A DNA stretch of 64,000 nt, from contig QPMI01000482.1 of the NCBI GenBank assembly GCA_004431415.1, positions 434,001 to 498,000 on the forward strand, read 5' to 3'. Source of the stretch: Cyanophora paradoxa CCMP329. Lineage: Eukaryota; Plantae; Glaucophyta. The notes under the pieces were generated by a model. The model worked only from the letters and a program-made list of their open reading frames with translations. It did not search any database and was not told the DNA's origin. Positions within the stretch are counted from its first letter, which is position 1. Each line of letters starts with the position of its first letter. Below are positions 1 through 13,150 of the stretch, piece by piece. The translations under genes and the position numbers were made by a program.

Positions 1-511
1 CCTATCATAAATATTGGATTGCACTCGCGCAGCGCTTTCCGGATTCGCGCTGTATCACACTCTTAATCGAGCTCTTTTCTTTCGTATACAGAGTTGTCTT
101 CTTAAGCTTCAGGCTGAGCTCAGGTTTTGACAATGCATGCTTATATATATGTATGTTTAATTAGCTGGGATCCGGAGTTCGTAAGCTTGCCAGGTTAACG
201 TTGGAGCACTCCGAGGTCCGAAAGAATATGATATGCATAATCACGTATACGTATACGATACGTATAGCACTTCGAATTCGATTTGTTAGCACGCATCTCA
301 TGACCAGATGGCCAGCTGCAAAACTCATGTATACGTAGACATCGATATCGATATCGATAGTTTTGTTTTCGGGTTTTGAAACTTATAATTATGTTTAGCG
401 CTAGCGCGCTTATTTGTTTTTCCCTTTCATATCATGTGTGCATATGCATGCACTGCAGCTGCGGCAGTACTAGTCGCTTCGCAATCTGCAAGCCGCGCTT
501 CATTTTCATGC

Positions 512-721
512 AAAAAAAGCATTAGACATGTAGGTGCAGTCGCAATTATTTTCGCAACTTCATATTCAATACAGAAAAAGCTTTAGACATGTTGATGCAG
601 TCGCAATGATTTTAGCAACGTTTAACGAGTTCAACGGTTTTCGCGAACTCGCAAAAAGCAAACCTCTAGATATAGCTATGAGGCTATCCATTTAAATTGA
701 AAACAAAGCTTTAGACATGTA
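512..721. repeat. Imperfect direct repeat (about 47 nt unit x2, plus a partial third copy)
   Basis: AAAAAGC(A/T)TTAGACATGT..TGCAGTCGCAAT.ATTTT.GCAAC occurs at about 512-558 and 574-619; the core AAAGCTTTAGACATGT recurs at about 705-720. Confidence 0.7.
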
Positions 722-1262
722 GAGAAGGTGTGGCAAGAATTGCAGTAGGCATATACTCCAATTATTCCAAGTCCCGGTACCGGTACACCAGTCCCCAGCT
801 AACAATGCTGGCAATATAAGCACAGGCCAAAGGGATCGGCCGCCGACTGGGTGGGTCGCGGACGTCGACGCCCGGCCCGCTGGCGGCTCTATATGGCGAT
901 CTAGATCGGATCTCTCTCGCTGCGCGCGGCGCCAGCTGCAGGTCAACGGTCCCCCCCAGCATTCGATCGCCCGCACCGAATTCAAAACTACAGCTAGCTG
1001 TAGCCATAGATATTATACATATATTTCATATTAGGAACTAGTTTCGTGCATGCATGTGGGGCCTCGGAATCATCACTCCCCCGGCCCTCCGCCTTCGCTG
1101 CCACTCATGATCAGATACTCCGGTACTAATATTTCAACATGTACAGCGAATTCGAATTGAATATTCACATTATGTACACGCACGAGGCCTCCGACTCATG
1201 AGAGGATTTACAGAAACGTCGGCCGCGGGCGGGGTCTTCGCGCTCTCGTCTCGCGATCGGGC

Positions 1263-4162
1263 TCACTTGGTGGGGGCGGCCGCCCCGTTGGGGGCCCCGT
1301 TCGGGGGCGGCGTGGAGGGCGAGGGGGCCCCCCAGACGTCCCGGCGCGACGCGTCGAAGTGGATGGTCAGGCCCCTCCACACCTGCGGGGGGCGCGCCTG
1401 AGCGGGGCGGGGGATCCCGGGGGTCGGGGGGGGGGGGGGGGGGGGGGGGGCGGGGGCGGGGGCACCTTGTGGTAGTCGGGGTCGCGGAGGGGCGAGTCGT
1501 AGAGGGCCCTGGAGACGCTGAGCATGAAGTTGGTCTGCGGGCGAGGAGGGGCCCGGCTTCAGCGAGGAGCGGGGGCGGGGGCGGGGGCGGGGGCGGGGGC
1601 GGGGCGGGGACGGGCCTCGAACATGAAGGCGAGGGTGCCCTCGGCGACGCGCTTCGGGGCGAGGCGCTCGACCACCGCCCCGTCGTGGCACTCCTGGTCC
1701 GGCCTGCCCCGGCCCCGCATCATCACCAGCAGGCGCCTCGGGCCGCCGAGTCGGGCGCCTCGCACGCGCATCCCGGGCCGCGAGCCCAGCGTGTGGAGGC
1801 GGCCCCGGGATTCGGGGTACGCACCCGTGGGCGGTCATGCAGTTGTGGACCGAGAAGCCCCCAGGGAGGAATCCCTCCTGCGGAGAAGAAGCGGTCAGGA
1901 TGGGTGAAGAGGGGAAGGGGGAGTAGGAGAGGTACAAGTCACCCGCTTGGCCTCGTAGTGCCCGTGGATGAGCTGCCGGGCCGGTCAGATGCAGCGGCGG
2001 GAAGGGGAGGGAAAGGAAAGAGGTACGAGTGCGCACGCCCATGAACTCCGACATGCAGTTGCGGTGCTACGGGGGTAGAGGGTAAGGCACAAGCCTCAGG
2101 AGTTCCGCGGGGAAAGGGAGGGGGGTACAGCGCACGTAGTACGGGGGCCGGAACGTGTTCTCAGCAACGGACCTGCCATGCTCGAGGTGGGCTGGGATAG
2201 GAGGGGTACGGGGCGAGGCGCACCAGCGGGGCGGGAAGATGACGAAGTCCGCGACAGCAGTGCCTGGGCAGACGGGGGCGGTGAGAGGGTGTTCGGAAAG
2301 AGGGGGGGGAGGGGAGGGGGGAGGGGGGGGAGGGGGCGGCTGGGGCGTAGAAAGAGGGTGGGCGGAGGGGGGGGGGGTACCGGGGACGGCCGAGGGGCAC
2401 GTGAGCACCGTGAAGATCGAGGGGTCCTGAGGAGAGTACGAGTTGAGAGGAGGGGTACCCGGACCGGCGCCGCAGCGGAAGGGGGTACCAGGTGGTCGTA
2501 CGAGACAGTGTTTACGATGCAGAACTTCTTCAGATCGTAGCGGTACGGGAAGTAGTTACCTGGGGTACCGAAATAAATATTTGGCCGGGGTACGGGAAAG
2601 TGAAGCGCGGAGCGCACCGTGCCACGCGACTACGTTGAAGGGCGAGTCGTCCTGCGGTCAAATCGGGTCGGGGCGATTCGCGGAGCGGATTGGACGGGAC
2701 CTGAACCTCGTGCGCGACGAACATGCGGTTCTGGAACTTCGTCACGATCTGCGGGGCGCGGGTTCGAATCCGGGCGCGATTCGGGAGGCGGGGAGGGCGG
2801 GCCTGGTAGCCCGCAGGCGGCTGCCTCTCCTCGTACGCCGCGACGGGGGCCTGCAGGGGTACCGTCGGGAACGAGCGCACGGGGGTGCGGGGGTACGGGG
2901 GTCGCGGGCCTCGAAGTCGCGGGGGTTGGCGAGGCCGTTGGCCCCTGCGAGGGGGGCGCGTCTTCGGCGGGGCGGGGCCTAGATCTAAACCGGTGCGAGG
3001 CCTCACCGATGGGGCCGAGGTCGGGGATGCGAAAGTGGCCGTTGTACACCTCCAGAATGTCTTCCGGGAGCGTAAGGGCGGCCGGGGGGGTACGTGGACG
3101 GGCGGGGCGCGCACAGCCGCGCGCGGGGCCCTCGGGCAGGAAAGCGGAGAAGCGGATGCCCCGGGGTATGACGCAGATCTCGGTGGGGCGCACCCCCATC
3201 CAGCCGAACTCCGTCTGAAGGAGCAGGGGGCCCTGCTGGGGTACTGCGCGGGGGAAGGGGTGGCGTGGGCGCGTGGCTGCAGCGCGGGGACGGGCAGTGC
3301 AGCGCACCGATGAGGAAATCGCCGTCGCTGGAGTAGAAGCAGCGGTCGTTCATGTCCGCGTTCGCGACGTACGCGTACACGTGCACCCCGTTCTTCATCG
3401 CGGGGTCCCCGGCCCCTGGCCATGCGGAACGGAATCGGAGTCAGGGGTCGTGCACAGGCCCTGCGGAGGGGATTCGAACCGGCGAGTGTCACGAGGCCCT
3501 CGACAAAGTCCGTGGGCGCGCTGGGGACATCGAGGGGGGCCCAGCGGAGCTGCGTCGGGGTGCAGACGAGGCCGGACGGGTCCGCCAGCACTCGCCCGAT
3601 CTCAATCGGCTCGAAAGGCGAGTGCACGACCGACGGGCGGATGCTGCCGGGGGATCGAGTTCGGCGCGCGGCGCGCGGCGGCGCGGGGCGGCGGAGGGCG
3701 CTACCGGTAGAACCACGATCTGGAGAGAGGCGAAGGGTCAGCGGGGCGAGCGGGGCCAGGCGCTCTTGCGGCGGCGCGCACCGCTGGTTCTGCTCCCGCG
3801 GCGCCGTGAAGGCCGTCCCCGAGAGCTGCTCGGCGTAGAGGCCGTACCTGCCGCGCCGCGGCGCGGAATGCCGATCAGAACGAGCGAGAAGCGCTCAGGG
3901 AGGCGGGAATGCGCACGGGCACTCTGCAGAACCACAGGTCCGGCCGCGGATGATGAAGCTTCATGTCAGACGCGAGGAGGCGCGGCGCGCGGCGCCGGAA
4001 CAAGTCGGAAGAGCACGTACGCTGCGGCGTGTTGGTGGGAGGCAGGGCACCGCGGAGCGCCTCCGACGCAACGGTGTTCCCTGGCGGGCAGCTCGCCGTG
4101 TACTTGAGCTCGTCGAGGGACGGCCGCGCCAGCGCTTTCGCCGCATCTTTGACAGCCGCCAT
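1263..4162 (-). CDS. HGD: Homogentisate 1,2-dioxygenase (about 22 exons)
   Basis: Spliced exons give [136 protein letters not shown] and TLAFMFE, colinear with HGD/HmgA including the Fe-ligand motifs. Confidence 0.97.
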
Positions 4163-4407
4163 GCCGCGATGCTGCAGACTCGGCGCAGAGATCGTCGGCC
4201 GGCGCCGCGGTCCGACTTGTCTGGCCTCCGCGGCCGCCCGATGCGCAGAGGCCTCCGCGCGCTACGACTACAAGGACTCCGAGCGGAGCGGTGAACAAGA
4301 GCGCGAGCTGCCGATTTGCGCCGCCGCCGCTCCGCTCTTATATACTGGCCGGCCCTCCGCCTGATTAACTGGGGTTCGACTCTCGGTGGGGCCAGTCCAC
4401 GTCGCGG

Positions 4408-5385
4408 ATGGCTGACGAGGCGGCCGAGGCCCCCGCGGGCCTGGGCGATGTCGAGCGGCGCCTCCACAGCGCCAAGTACGGCCCAGAAACGCGCCTCGCG
4501 CTAGCGCTCCAGCTCCTGTCGCCGGACGAGCGACGCGTCCTGGGGATCGCGGGCGGCGATGCGGCGGGCGCGGGCGGCGAGGCGGCGTGCGGCGAGCTCT
4601 GGCGCATCTTCCCCAGCCGGCACCGCTTCCTGCTCGACTGGATCACGAAGGCGCTCATCCACTCGTGCAAGCCGGGCGGGAAGCCCGGCCAGGAGGCGGC
4701 CCCGGCGCACGCCCCGCTGCACCGGGACGCGCGCTTCATGCGCTTCCTTGCGTACATCCTCGCACACGAGAAGATCGTGCCGGCCCTGCTCGCCTCATCC
4801 GCGATCTACTACGGCCTGCTCGGCGTCTTCCGCTCGCTCGCGGATGACGCGGCGGGCGACGCGGCGGGCGAAGGCGACGGTGCGGCGGCCCCGCAGCCCG
4901 AGGAGGCGCTGCGGCATGCGCGGGATGCGTACGGGATCATATTCTCCAAGTTCTCTGCCTCGTTCCGGCCGCCGCTGGAGCAGCACGCGCCGCTGGTCGC
5001 CTCCCTGGCACGCGCGGTGCTCGCGCGGCCCTCGGGGACCGCACTGCCTTTCCTCGCCGAGGCGCTCGACGCGTACGGGGGTGCGCCGCGCCGCGCCCCG
5101 ACCACCCTCCTCTCCGCTGCGCCCCGCAGCCGACGCCGCGCCGCGCCGCGCCGCGCAGCGGGCCAGAGGCGGCAGTCGAACCAGCGCAAGGTCTTCTCGG
5201 TCGCCGTGTCGGCGCTCCTCGAGTGCCTCCTCGCCCTGCGCCACCGCTTCGGCGGCGAGCCCGCGGGCCCCCTCCGCACCGTCGCCGAGGCCGCCGGCTC
5301 GATCCTGGCCGGCGCCCTTTTCCACCCGGACCAGCTCAGCGACTACACGCTCGCCTTCGCCGCGCCGGAGGGTGCACCTCCCCCC

Positions 5386-5422
<37 letters not shown>

Positions 5423-8400
5423 CGCCCCGCGTACCGCCGTGAGCGCCGCGCAGGCGAGGCGAAGGAGGACGGGAGCGCGGCGAAGAAGGCCAAGGGGGCC
5501 AAGGGCAAGGGCAAGGAGGAGGGGCCGAAGGCGGAGCGGAGGATCACGAGCTACCAGCGGCAGCTCTTCGACGCCCTCTCCCCGGCGGCGCCCGGCGGCG
5601 GCCCCGGGCTCGAGGCGGCCGCCGCCGCCCTCCCCTGGCTCCTCTCCGCCTTCGTCTCCGCGTGGCGCGCCCGCTTCGGCCGGCGCGCGCGGCAGCAGCA
5701 GCAGCCGGGGCAGCAGGGCGAGGCGCCGGCCGGGGGCAAGGGCGAGGGGAGCGAGGACGAGGGGGCGGGGAAGGAGGAGGAGCAGCAGCAGCGGGGGCGG
5801 GCGGGGGCGGGGGCCTCCTCGGCGGACCAGCCGCGGGTCGAGTTCGGCTTCTTCCGCGAGCTCGTCCGCATCGCCGAGGCGGCGGCCGCCCCGCCGGCCT
5901 CCGCGGCCGCCGCCGGGGGCGAGGACGGCGCGGAGGAGAAGAAGAAGAAGCGGAAGCGGGGGAGCAGCAGCGGGGCGGGGGCCTGCTCCTCCGCGGCCTC
6001 CGGGGTGGGGCTGGAGGCGGCGTGCCGCCTGCTGGAGGCCGCCGAGCGCGACGGCGTCTACCTCGTCCAGGCGAGCGCCGCACCCCGGCCCCGCCCCGCG
6101 CAGTCGAGAGCCGGCCTAGCCCCCCGGCCCTCCCCCACGCGCCTTCCACCGCCCCGCTGCGCCCCGCCCTCGATGTGACGTGGCGGGCAGGAGGACACGA
6201 AGGCGCGGGCGCACACGCGCTTCCTGGCGGGCCTCGCGGAGCGCATGGCCGCCCGCGCCCTCGCCCACCCCGCCGGTGCCTCTCCTCTCCCCCGCCCCCC
6301 GCCCCGTCTCGGCCGACGGCGGGGCGGCGGGGCAGAGGGCGGGGCGCTGCGGGCGCTGGGGACGCTGCTCGCCATGAACCACGCCCTCGTCGAGCCGCTC
6401 CTGCCCCCACTCCTCGCCGCCCTCGCCGCCCGCCCCCTCTCCCCCTCCCGTCCGTCCACGTCCCCCGCCCCGCGCTGCTCGCCGCCGGCACCGCTGAGGA
6501 TCGGGCCGGCAGAGGGCACGGAGGCGGGGGCGGCGCTGGCGGCGGCCTGCTGCGACGCGTACGCCAAGCTCCGGCAGGTGCCTACCTCCCTGATCCCCGC
6601 GGGCGCTCTGGGGGCTCGGGCCCGAGCGAGGCCGGGGGCAGGTGGACCAGCTGCACGCGCTGCTCCTCGGCGCCCTCTCCGCTGAGGCCGAGGCCGCCGC
6701 GGGCCCCTCCCTCGGGGCCCTCGCCTCCCCCGCCTTCCTCCGCTCCTACGCCGCCGCCGTGCGGGGCCTGCCCCCCGGCCAGGCCGCCGCCTGCTTCGCC
6801 GCCCTCCTCGCCGCCTGCACCCCCGCGCCCCCGCCGCCCCGCCCCGCCGCCCTCCTCGCCTCCTTCCTCCAGAACCTCTTCCCCTCGGAGCACTCGGCCG
6901 AGGGGTACCGCGCCATCGCCCAGCGCGCCCGCTCCGAGGTCGCCGCCCCGGCGCTCGAGGCGGCCCGGGGGGCGCCCCCGCGGAGCCCGGCGAGCAGGCG
7001 GCGCTGGGCGTGGCGCTGCTGGTGCTGGACGCGGCGGGGACCTCGCCGCCCGCTGCGACGCGGCGCTCGCCGTGCCCCCCGCCCGCCCTCCTCGCTGCTG
7101 CCGGCCGCGGACCTGGCGCTGCTCGCGGGGCTGGCGGAGGCGGCGGGGGAGCTGGAGCCGCCGCTCGCGCTCGCCGCCCTCGCGCACGCCGCCCGCCGCC
7201 TGCGGGACGCCGCACGCCGCCCGAGGCCTCCCCGGAGGAGGCCGAGGAGGCCTCGCGGCTGGCCGCCGCCCTCTGCTCGGGCCTGCCCCGCTCGCCCGGG
7301 AGGCGTACCCCTGCCCCGCCGCCGGCCTCGAGCTGGGCGTCCCCGCCGGCCTGCAGGCCCCCGGCTGCCCCGCCTCGGGCCTCCCCGCCGCCCGCTGGGC
7401 CCTCGCCGCCGGCTGCCTCGCCCCGCTCGCCTCCCTCGCCCCCAAGCCCGCCCTCTCCGCCCTCGCCGACTGCGCGGTCCGTGGCAGGCCCCGCCCCTCC
7501 CCAGGCGCCCTGCAGCCGCGCCGATCCGCTGAGCGCGCCGGCAGGTGCGGCTGGCGGCGGGGTCGTGCGGGGCGGCGCGGCGCCTCCTCTGCTCGGACGC
7601 CGCGTGCGAGTCGCCCCGCTTCCGCCGCCGCCTCGCCCCCGTCCGCCCGCCCCGCCCCGCCCCGCCCCGCCCCGCCCCCTCCGCCTCTGCCGGCTCGGCC
7701 CGTGACGCAAGCTCCGCGCCGGCAGGCGATCCTCTCCCTCGTCGCCGAGCTCGCCGAGGCCGCCGCCCCCTCCGCCCCCGAGCCGCAGTGAGACCCCGAG
7801 CCCCGCCCCCGCCCCGTCAAGTGGCCTCACCGGCCCCGCCAGGTCGGCCAAGAAGCGCAAGAGCCGGGGCGGCGAGGCGGCGGCCCCCGCCGGGTGAGCC
7901 CTCCCCCGCCTCCTCTTCCTCCCTCCCCTCGCCCCGGACGCTTCGCTGACGCGCCGCAGCGAGGACTGCCGCCCGCTGCTCGAGGAGCTGCGCGCCGCCG
8001 CCGCCGCCGCCGCCCGCGACAAGAAGGACGGGCCCGCGCCCGCGCCCTCCGACCTGCCCCCGCCCGCCGCCCTCTCGTTCGGCCCCGCCCTCCTCCCCCC
8101 CCTCTGCGGCGCCCTCGCCCTGCTCTCGGACGCCGACGGCGTACCCCCCGAGCTCTTCTCCCCCGCCCAGCGCCGCGCGGCCGTGCGCTCCGCCCTCTGC
8201 CTGCTGCGCCTCGCGGCGGGGGCCCCCTCGTGGGGGCCGCCGCGCTCTCGGCGCTGCGGGCGCTGGCGGGGCACGACGCGGCGGCCCTGCTCGCCTCGCT
8301 CCCCGAGGCGGACCTGCTCTCCCTGCTGCGCGCCCCGCCCCGGCCCTCGCCGGCGACGCGGCCTGCCGGCGGGAGCTGGCGCGGCTCGCGGGGCCGCCTG

Positions 8401-10914
8401 CGGGGCCCCGAGGCCCCCGCCGCCCTCGCCGAGGCCCTCCTCGACGACGCCCGCGAGGCCCTCGAGCAGCCCGAGGCCGCCCCGGGCCCCGCCCAGGTCC
8501 CTTCCTCCCCGCGCCCCTCTGCATTTCTCCCAGCTGAGCCTTTCATCCGCCAGGAGGAGGACGGGGCGCGGCTCCGCCTCGCCCTGGCCGGCGCCGCCGT
8601 GGACGCCCTCCTCGCCGGCGAGGGCGCCCCCTGCGCCCCCGCCGCCCCGTCCGCCGCCTCTGGCGCGCCCTCTTCGCGGCGCCCCCGGCCCCCCCGCCCT
8701 CCGCCCCGCCCTCCTCGACCTCACCGCCTCCCTCCTCCGGTGCGCGCCCCCGCCCGCCCCCTCCCCTCCCGCGCCCCGCTCACCGACCGCCGGCGATGCG
8801 AACGAAGGTACGCCGCGGGCCCCGCGGCGGTGCGGGGGTACCGGCGCGACGCGGAGGCGGCGGCGGCGGCGGCTGCCCCCGTGGCGGCGGCCGAGGAGCC
8901 CGATGCGGAGCCCGAGCCGGCCGGTGCGCTCGCGTCTCGAATGCGATGCGAGGCGCTGATGCGGGGCGCCCTGCAGTGCCGGAGGCCGCGCCGGCGGAGG
9001 AGAAGGAGGAGAAGGGCAAGAAGGCGGCGAAGAAGCGCAAGCGGAAGGGCGACGAGGACGAGGAGGAGGAGGACGAGGAGGAGGCAGAGGAGGGTGGCGA
9101 GGAGCTGCCCTCGTTCCTCCGCAAGGCCGGGGACGGCGGGGAGGAGGAGGAGGGGGCGGAGGACGAGGCGGAGGCGCCCCCAGAGGAGCTCGACGAGGCG
9201 CGCGGCGCCCGCGCCCCCCGCCGCCCCCACCCAGCCCCCCTCTGAGCGCGGGGCAGGCGGCGGAGGGGGCCGGGGAGGTGGCGGGGGACGCGGGGGCCCC
9301 CGACGACGAGGAGGGGGAGGAGGGGGCCGGCGCGGAGGCCGCCCGGCGCGCCGCGGCGCGCGACAAGGGCGAGCGCAAGCGCCGCAAGGCGCGCACCCCC
9401 GCCCCGCCTCCCTTCGGGGGCGCCTCTTCAGCCTCTCCGGCAGGCGGGGGAGGAGGCGGCGGCGGGGCGGGGCCGCGGCTGGAGGAGGCGTGGGCCGCCC
9501 TCGAGGCCGCCCCGGGCCCGGCGCCGACCCCGAGCTCCTCGAGGCCGCCGCGCGGTGCGCCCCGCGCCCCCACGAAATCACGTACCCTCACGGGCGGCAG
9601 CTGCGCGGAGACGGAGTGCGCCCTCTTCCGCGCCCTCCGCCCCTCCGCCCCCTCCAGGACTTCCAGGCGCGCGCCCGCGCCCAGCGACCCCCCCTCCCTC
9701 CCCGCCCTGACGCGGGGGGCCCCGCGGCGCAGGCGCTGCTCTCGCGGGCGCTGGGGCGTTCACGGGGGGCGCCCCGCTGCGCGCCGCCGTCGAGGGCCTC
9801 TTCTCCTCCGCCACCCGCGAGCAGGTCCCGCCGCCCTCCCCCCCCCCTCGATCCCCCTCGACTTGACGCGGCTCGCGCAGCTGCCGGCCTCGGCGCGGCT
9901 GCTGCGGGGGCCCTGCGGGAGGCCCTCGAGGCGCAGGACTGGCCCCGCCTCGCCCGCGCCGCCGACGCATGCGCCGCCCTCGCCGCCCTCCCCGCGGCCC
10001 CGCCGCGCCCGGGCGCTCGCCCGGCACCTGCCGCCCCTCGCGGTGGCGCTCGCGTCGGCGGCGCAGTGGGCGGCGGCGCACGGCGGGGCGGGGCGGGCCC
10101 CCGGGGAGGCCTACTGCGCGCTGCTGCGGGCGGCGACGACGATCGCGTCGCGGGTGAGCGCGGCCGCCCTCGCCACCCCCGACGCCGCCTCCCTCCTCGC
10201 CGCCCTCTGCCCCCTGCCCCCCGGGGTGCCCCCCGCCGCCCACTCGGCCGCCTACCGCCTCCTCTACGCGCTCCTGCGGCACCGTACCCCCCAGGCCCTC
10301 CGCTGCCTCCCGCACCTCGTCTCCTGCGCCCGCGCCCTCCTCTTCGCCCTCGCCTCGGGCCACCCGCCCGCCCTCTTCCGCGACCTCGCCCGCCTCTACG
10401 AGGAGCTCGCAAAGAGGTACCCCCCCTGCGCCCCCCGCCCTCGCCCGCCCTCGTGACGCCGTACCCCCCGCAGCCGCTCGGCGGTGCGGAAGTACTGCCC
10501 GCACCTCCTCGCCGACTTCCTCGCCTACTCCACCGCCTCGGGTACCCCGCGCCGACCCGCCCGCCCGCACCCCCCGAGAACCCCCTGCGAGCTCGAGGGC
10601 GGCGCGCGCAGGGGTGGCGGCGGAGCGGCGGCGGCTGCTGCTGCCGGGCATCTTCGCCCTGATGGAGGCCTGCAGCGACCACGAGTTCAAGCAGGCCCGC
10701 CCTCTCCCTCTTGCCCGTCCCTCCCCCTTCCCCTCCCGTCTCACCCCGCCCGGCGCCCCTTCGTTCGCAGCTCTTCGTCGCCCTCGACGCCGCCGGCCGG
10801 TCCGCCGTACCCCTCCCCTTCCCCTCCCAACGCGCCCACGTACCCCGCAGGGCGCTCTTCCGGACGACGCACGCGGAGTTCGTGCGGGACTTCAAGTACA
10901 CGGGCAAGGTCTAG
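4408..10914 (+). CDS. URB2: URB2/Npa2 nucleolar pre-60S ribosome biogenesis protein (multi-exon; apparent frameshifts in G/C runs)
   Basis: Long helical, Leu/Ala-rich protein with an N-terminal FLLDWI motif. The spliced C-terminus KYCPHLLADFL...LLPGIFALMEACSDHEFKQLFVALDAAGRALFRTTHAEFVRDFKYTGKV* matches the Urb2 domain ending in KYxGKV. Confidence 0.8.
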
Positions 10915-11591
10915 GCCTGGCGCTCCCCGCGACGACCCGGGCCAGCGCCCGCGCCGGCTCTGTGCGAATTAAATTTCATCTTGAGAGCAGCATCGCAAGC
11001 TTGGAATTCGGGGGGCCGCATTGCTTCCGGGCCGCGCTCTGGTGATTCGTAACTGATAATGCCATGATGGCCTCGGAGAATGGGTTAAGATGGCCATGGC
11101 ATGGGCTTGAGAGAATGGGCAACGGGCTTCGAAGGACATTAATGTTGTGTGTCTGGTCTGGATTTTAAAGAAATTCTCTACAGCGTAAATCATGTTCTAC
11201 ACCTTGCAAATTGAAAATGCAGTACTAGTGTGGGCTCAAAATCTACAGGGGACTCGAGCCAAGCCGAGCTGAGCCATTGAAATTTTGCGAAATCAGCCGA
11301 GGGGGAAATTCGAGATTTTGCGGAATCTGCCGCGACGTCGACGGAAATATCTACGGAGCTAAAGGATGTGATCATGATGATCAGAGAATTGAAGTAACTG
11401 AACTGGTGGTTGAAGAAATTGTTTCTTGAAGTTTACCGTATGCTACATGAACACCTAATACAAGCTGAACGAAAAGAAAAGGTATTCGAGAGATTCCGAA
11501 AGGTGCTCGATACCGAGCGACAAGTTGAAAGCATGTGTACGATTGTTAGCGCGCGTGCGCAGTCGGGGCGTCTAGATCCGCCGTGCGATGA

Positions 11592-13150
11592 TCAGCTCTG
11601 TATGCACTGATCCGCCGTCGTGACGTGCGGAGGCGCCGTACGCGTGCAGCCGGCCGTATCCGGTCCGGATCCCGAAGCGGACACCATGAGCGCCCGTTCG
11701 AGCTCCGCCGCGGAGGAAGGCGTGTCGGGCGTCGCCCCTCCGGCCTGCTCGCCCGCGGGCTCCGCCTTGACGTACCCGGCGAAGCGGCCCCCGACCCGCT
11801 GTCGCCTGCGCGGCCACAAGAGAGAGAATGTAAGTGCATTTAGTCTGAAAATTAAAGACCTCCAGAGAGGGGCACCGGCAGGCGGCCTCGCGGCGGCCCT
11901 CGTAGATGACCCGGCGCCCCCACGCGCGCCGCCCGCGCTTCTCCCGGTACCGCCGGATCGCCTCCCCCTGCCGGCCCCGCTCGCAAATCAGAGATGCAGA
12001 CATATGCATGGGCGAGGGCAATATTTGATTATAATTATAATCTATTTTTTTTCAGCACTTGGGGGCGCACGCGGGACCAGGGGGTGCCGTCGGAGTAGGC
12101 GAGATCGACGCCGACGGGGACGGCGGCCGGCTTGGAGGATCCGGAGGCCGGGGCGGGGGAGCCCCGGGCGGAGCTGCCCGTGGCGCTGCAGCTGGCGCCA
12201 GCGCTGGGACGGGGCGAGCAGGATCCGGAGGCGCCGGGGCCGATCGCGAGGGGCGTGCCGGCGCGCGGGGAGGGCCCCGGACTATCCGCCCGCGAAGTCG
12301 ACGAGAGCGAGCTCGAGCTGCTGCGCGGCCGCGGGAGACCGCCGACGGGCGCGGGCGCCGGAGGCGCGAGGTGGGCGCCCGGCCGCGGAGAGAGCTTGGG
12401 GTCCTGGCTCTGCTCGTAGGCCCAGAGGGGTACGAGTCCCGGGGTCCCGGGGGGTATGAAGACTGTGTGGAGCGCCCACGCGGAGGGAGAGGTTTGGAAG
12501 CGCTCCCGGCGAGCTCGGGAGGACTCAGAGCCGGTGTGCATGGGGGGAAGGAACAGTGGCGGGCCGGGGGCCAGAAGGCACACGGGCGGGTGCGCGCCGG
12601 CCAAGGGGCCGAATCCGTTCCCGCGGCTGGCCGCGCCGCTCTGCAATTGCCCGGCGACGCCGGCGCCGTGGAGAGGGCTCGCGCGGCACAGGGGCGGGGG
12701 CTCTTCAGGGCCGGGCCCATCCGTCTGCGGCTGGGTAGCTGTGGGGCTGCAGCTGCCCGTGGACGTCGACGCGCCGCTCTCCTCGGGGCTGCCTTGGATG
12801 GGGCTCGAGCTCGCACTTGGGAGGGAGCCCGGCGAGATGGCCGAGCTCGAGGCGGGCGAATCGAGGTCGAGGAGAGGGCAGGAAAAGGGTGGCAGGCCTA
12901 GGGTCTCGAGAAATTCTTCGAATGGGGGAAGCAAGGAGGGCGAGGAGTCGGGATCTGGCAGCTCGAGCTCGAGCGAGGGGAATTCGACGTGCGCTGCCGC
13001 CGGAGGCGAGACCGGGCGTTCCGACGGGGGATTCGGAAGAGGAGGGGCGGGCGGAAGCTCGGTGTGGCTGAAGTTGAAAGGGTGCTCTGCCCCGGATCGA
13101 AATTCGCGCCGCCGATCGCGAGGAAGCGAAGCATCCGCGAAGGGGACCAC
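11592..13150 (-). CDS. CCT-motif protein (Ser/Pro-rich N-terminus; true start uncertain, may extend to about 13419)
   Basis: Splicing across the intron at about 11808-11875 gives EAIRRYREKRGRRAWGRRVIYEGRREAACRRQRVGGRFAG, matching the CCT consensus RYREKRKxRxFxKxIRYxxRKxxAxxRPRxKGRF. Confidence 0.8.

Noticed and set aside
512-721. Spaced repeats as a CRISPR-like array
   Set aside because: Only two to three degenerate copies, irregular spacing, eukaryotic context and no cas genes.
3470-3482. GGTTCGAATCC (minus strand here; plus strand at 2761 and 29581) as a tRNA T-loop or Pol III B-box
   Set aside because: They overlap splice donors or lie in short introns, and I see no cloverleaf or A-box.
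6960-7050. Frameshifts in URB2 (and near 18280 in the ARM gene, and in SET paralog A) as programmed frameshifting or pseudogenisation
   Set aside because: Those I checked sit in short C or G homopolymers and are fixed by one base, typical of long-read consensus error; URB2 is normally essential.
6058-9591. Very long ORFs (1177 aa here; also 17128-21132 and 32613-35999) as single-exon genes
   Set aside because: Stop codons are rare at this GC content. These are antisense shadows or intron read-through with Arg/Pro/Gly/Ala low complexity.
11410-11610. AT-richer 66-aa ORF (MKKLFLEVYR...) as a gene
   Set aside because: TTG start, atypical codon usage, located in the convergent 3' region of the CCT gene, and no recognisable motif.
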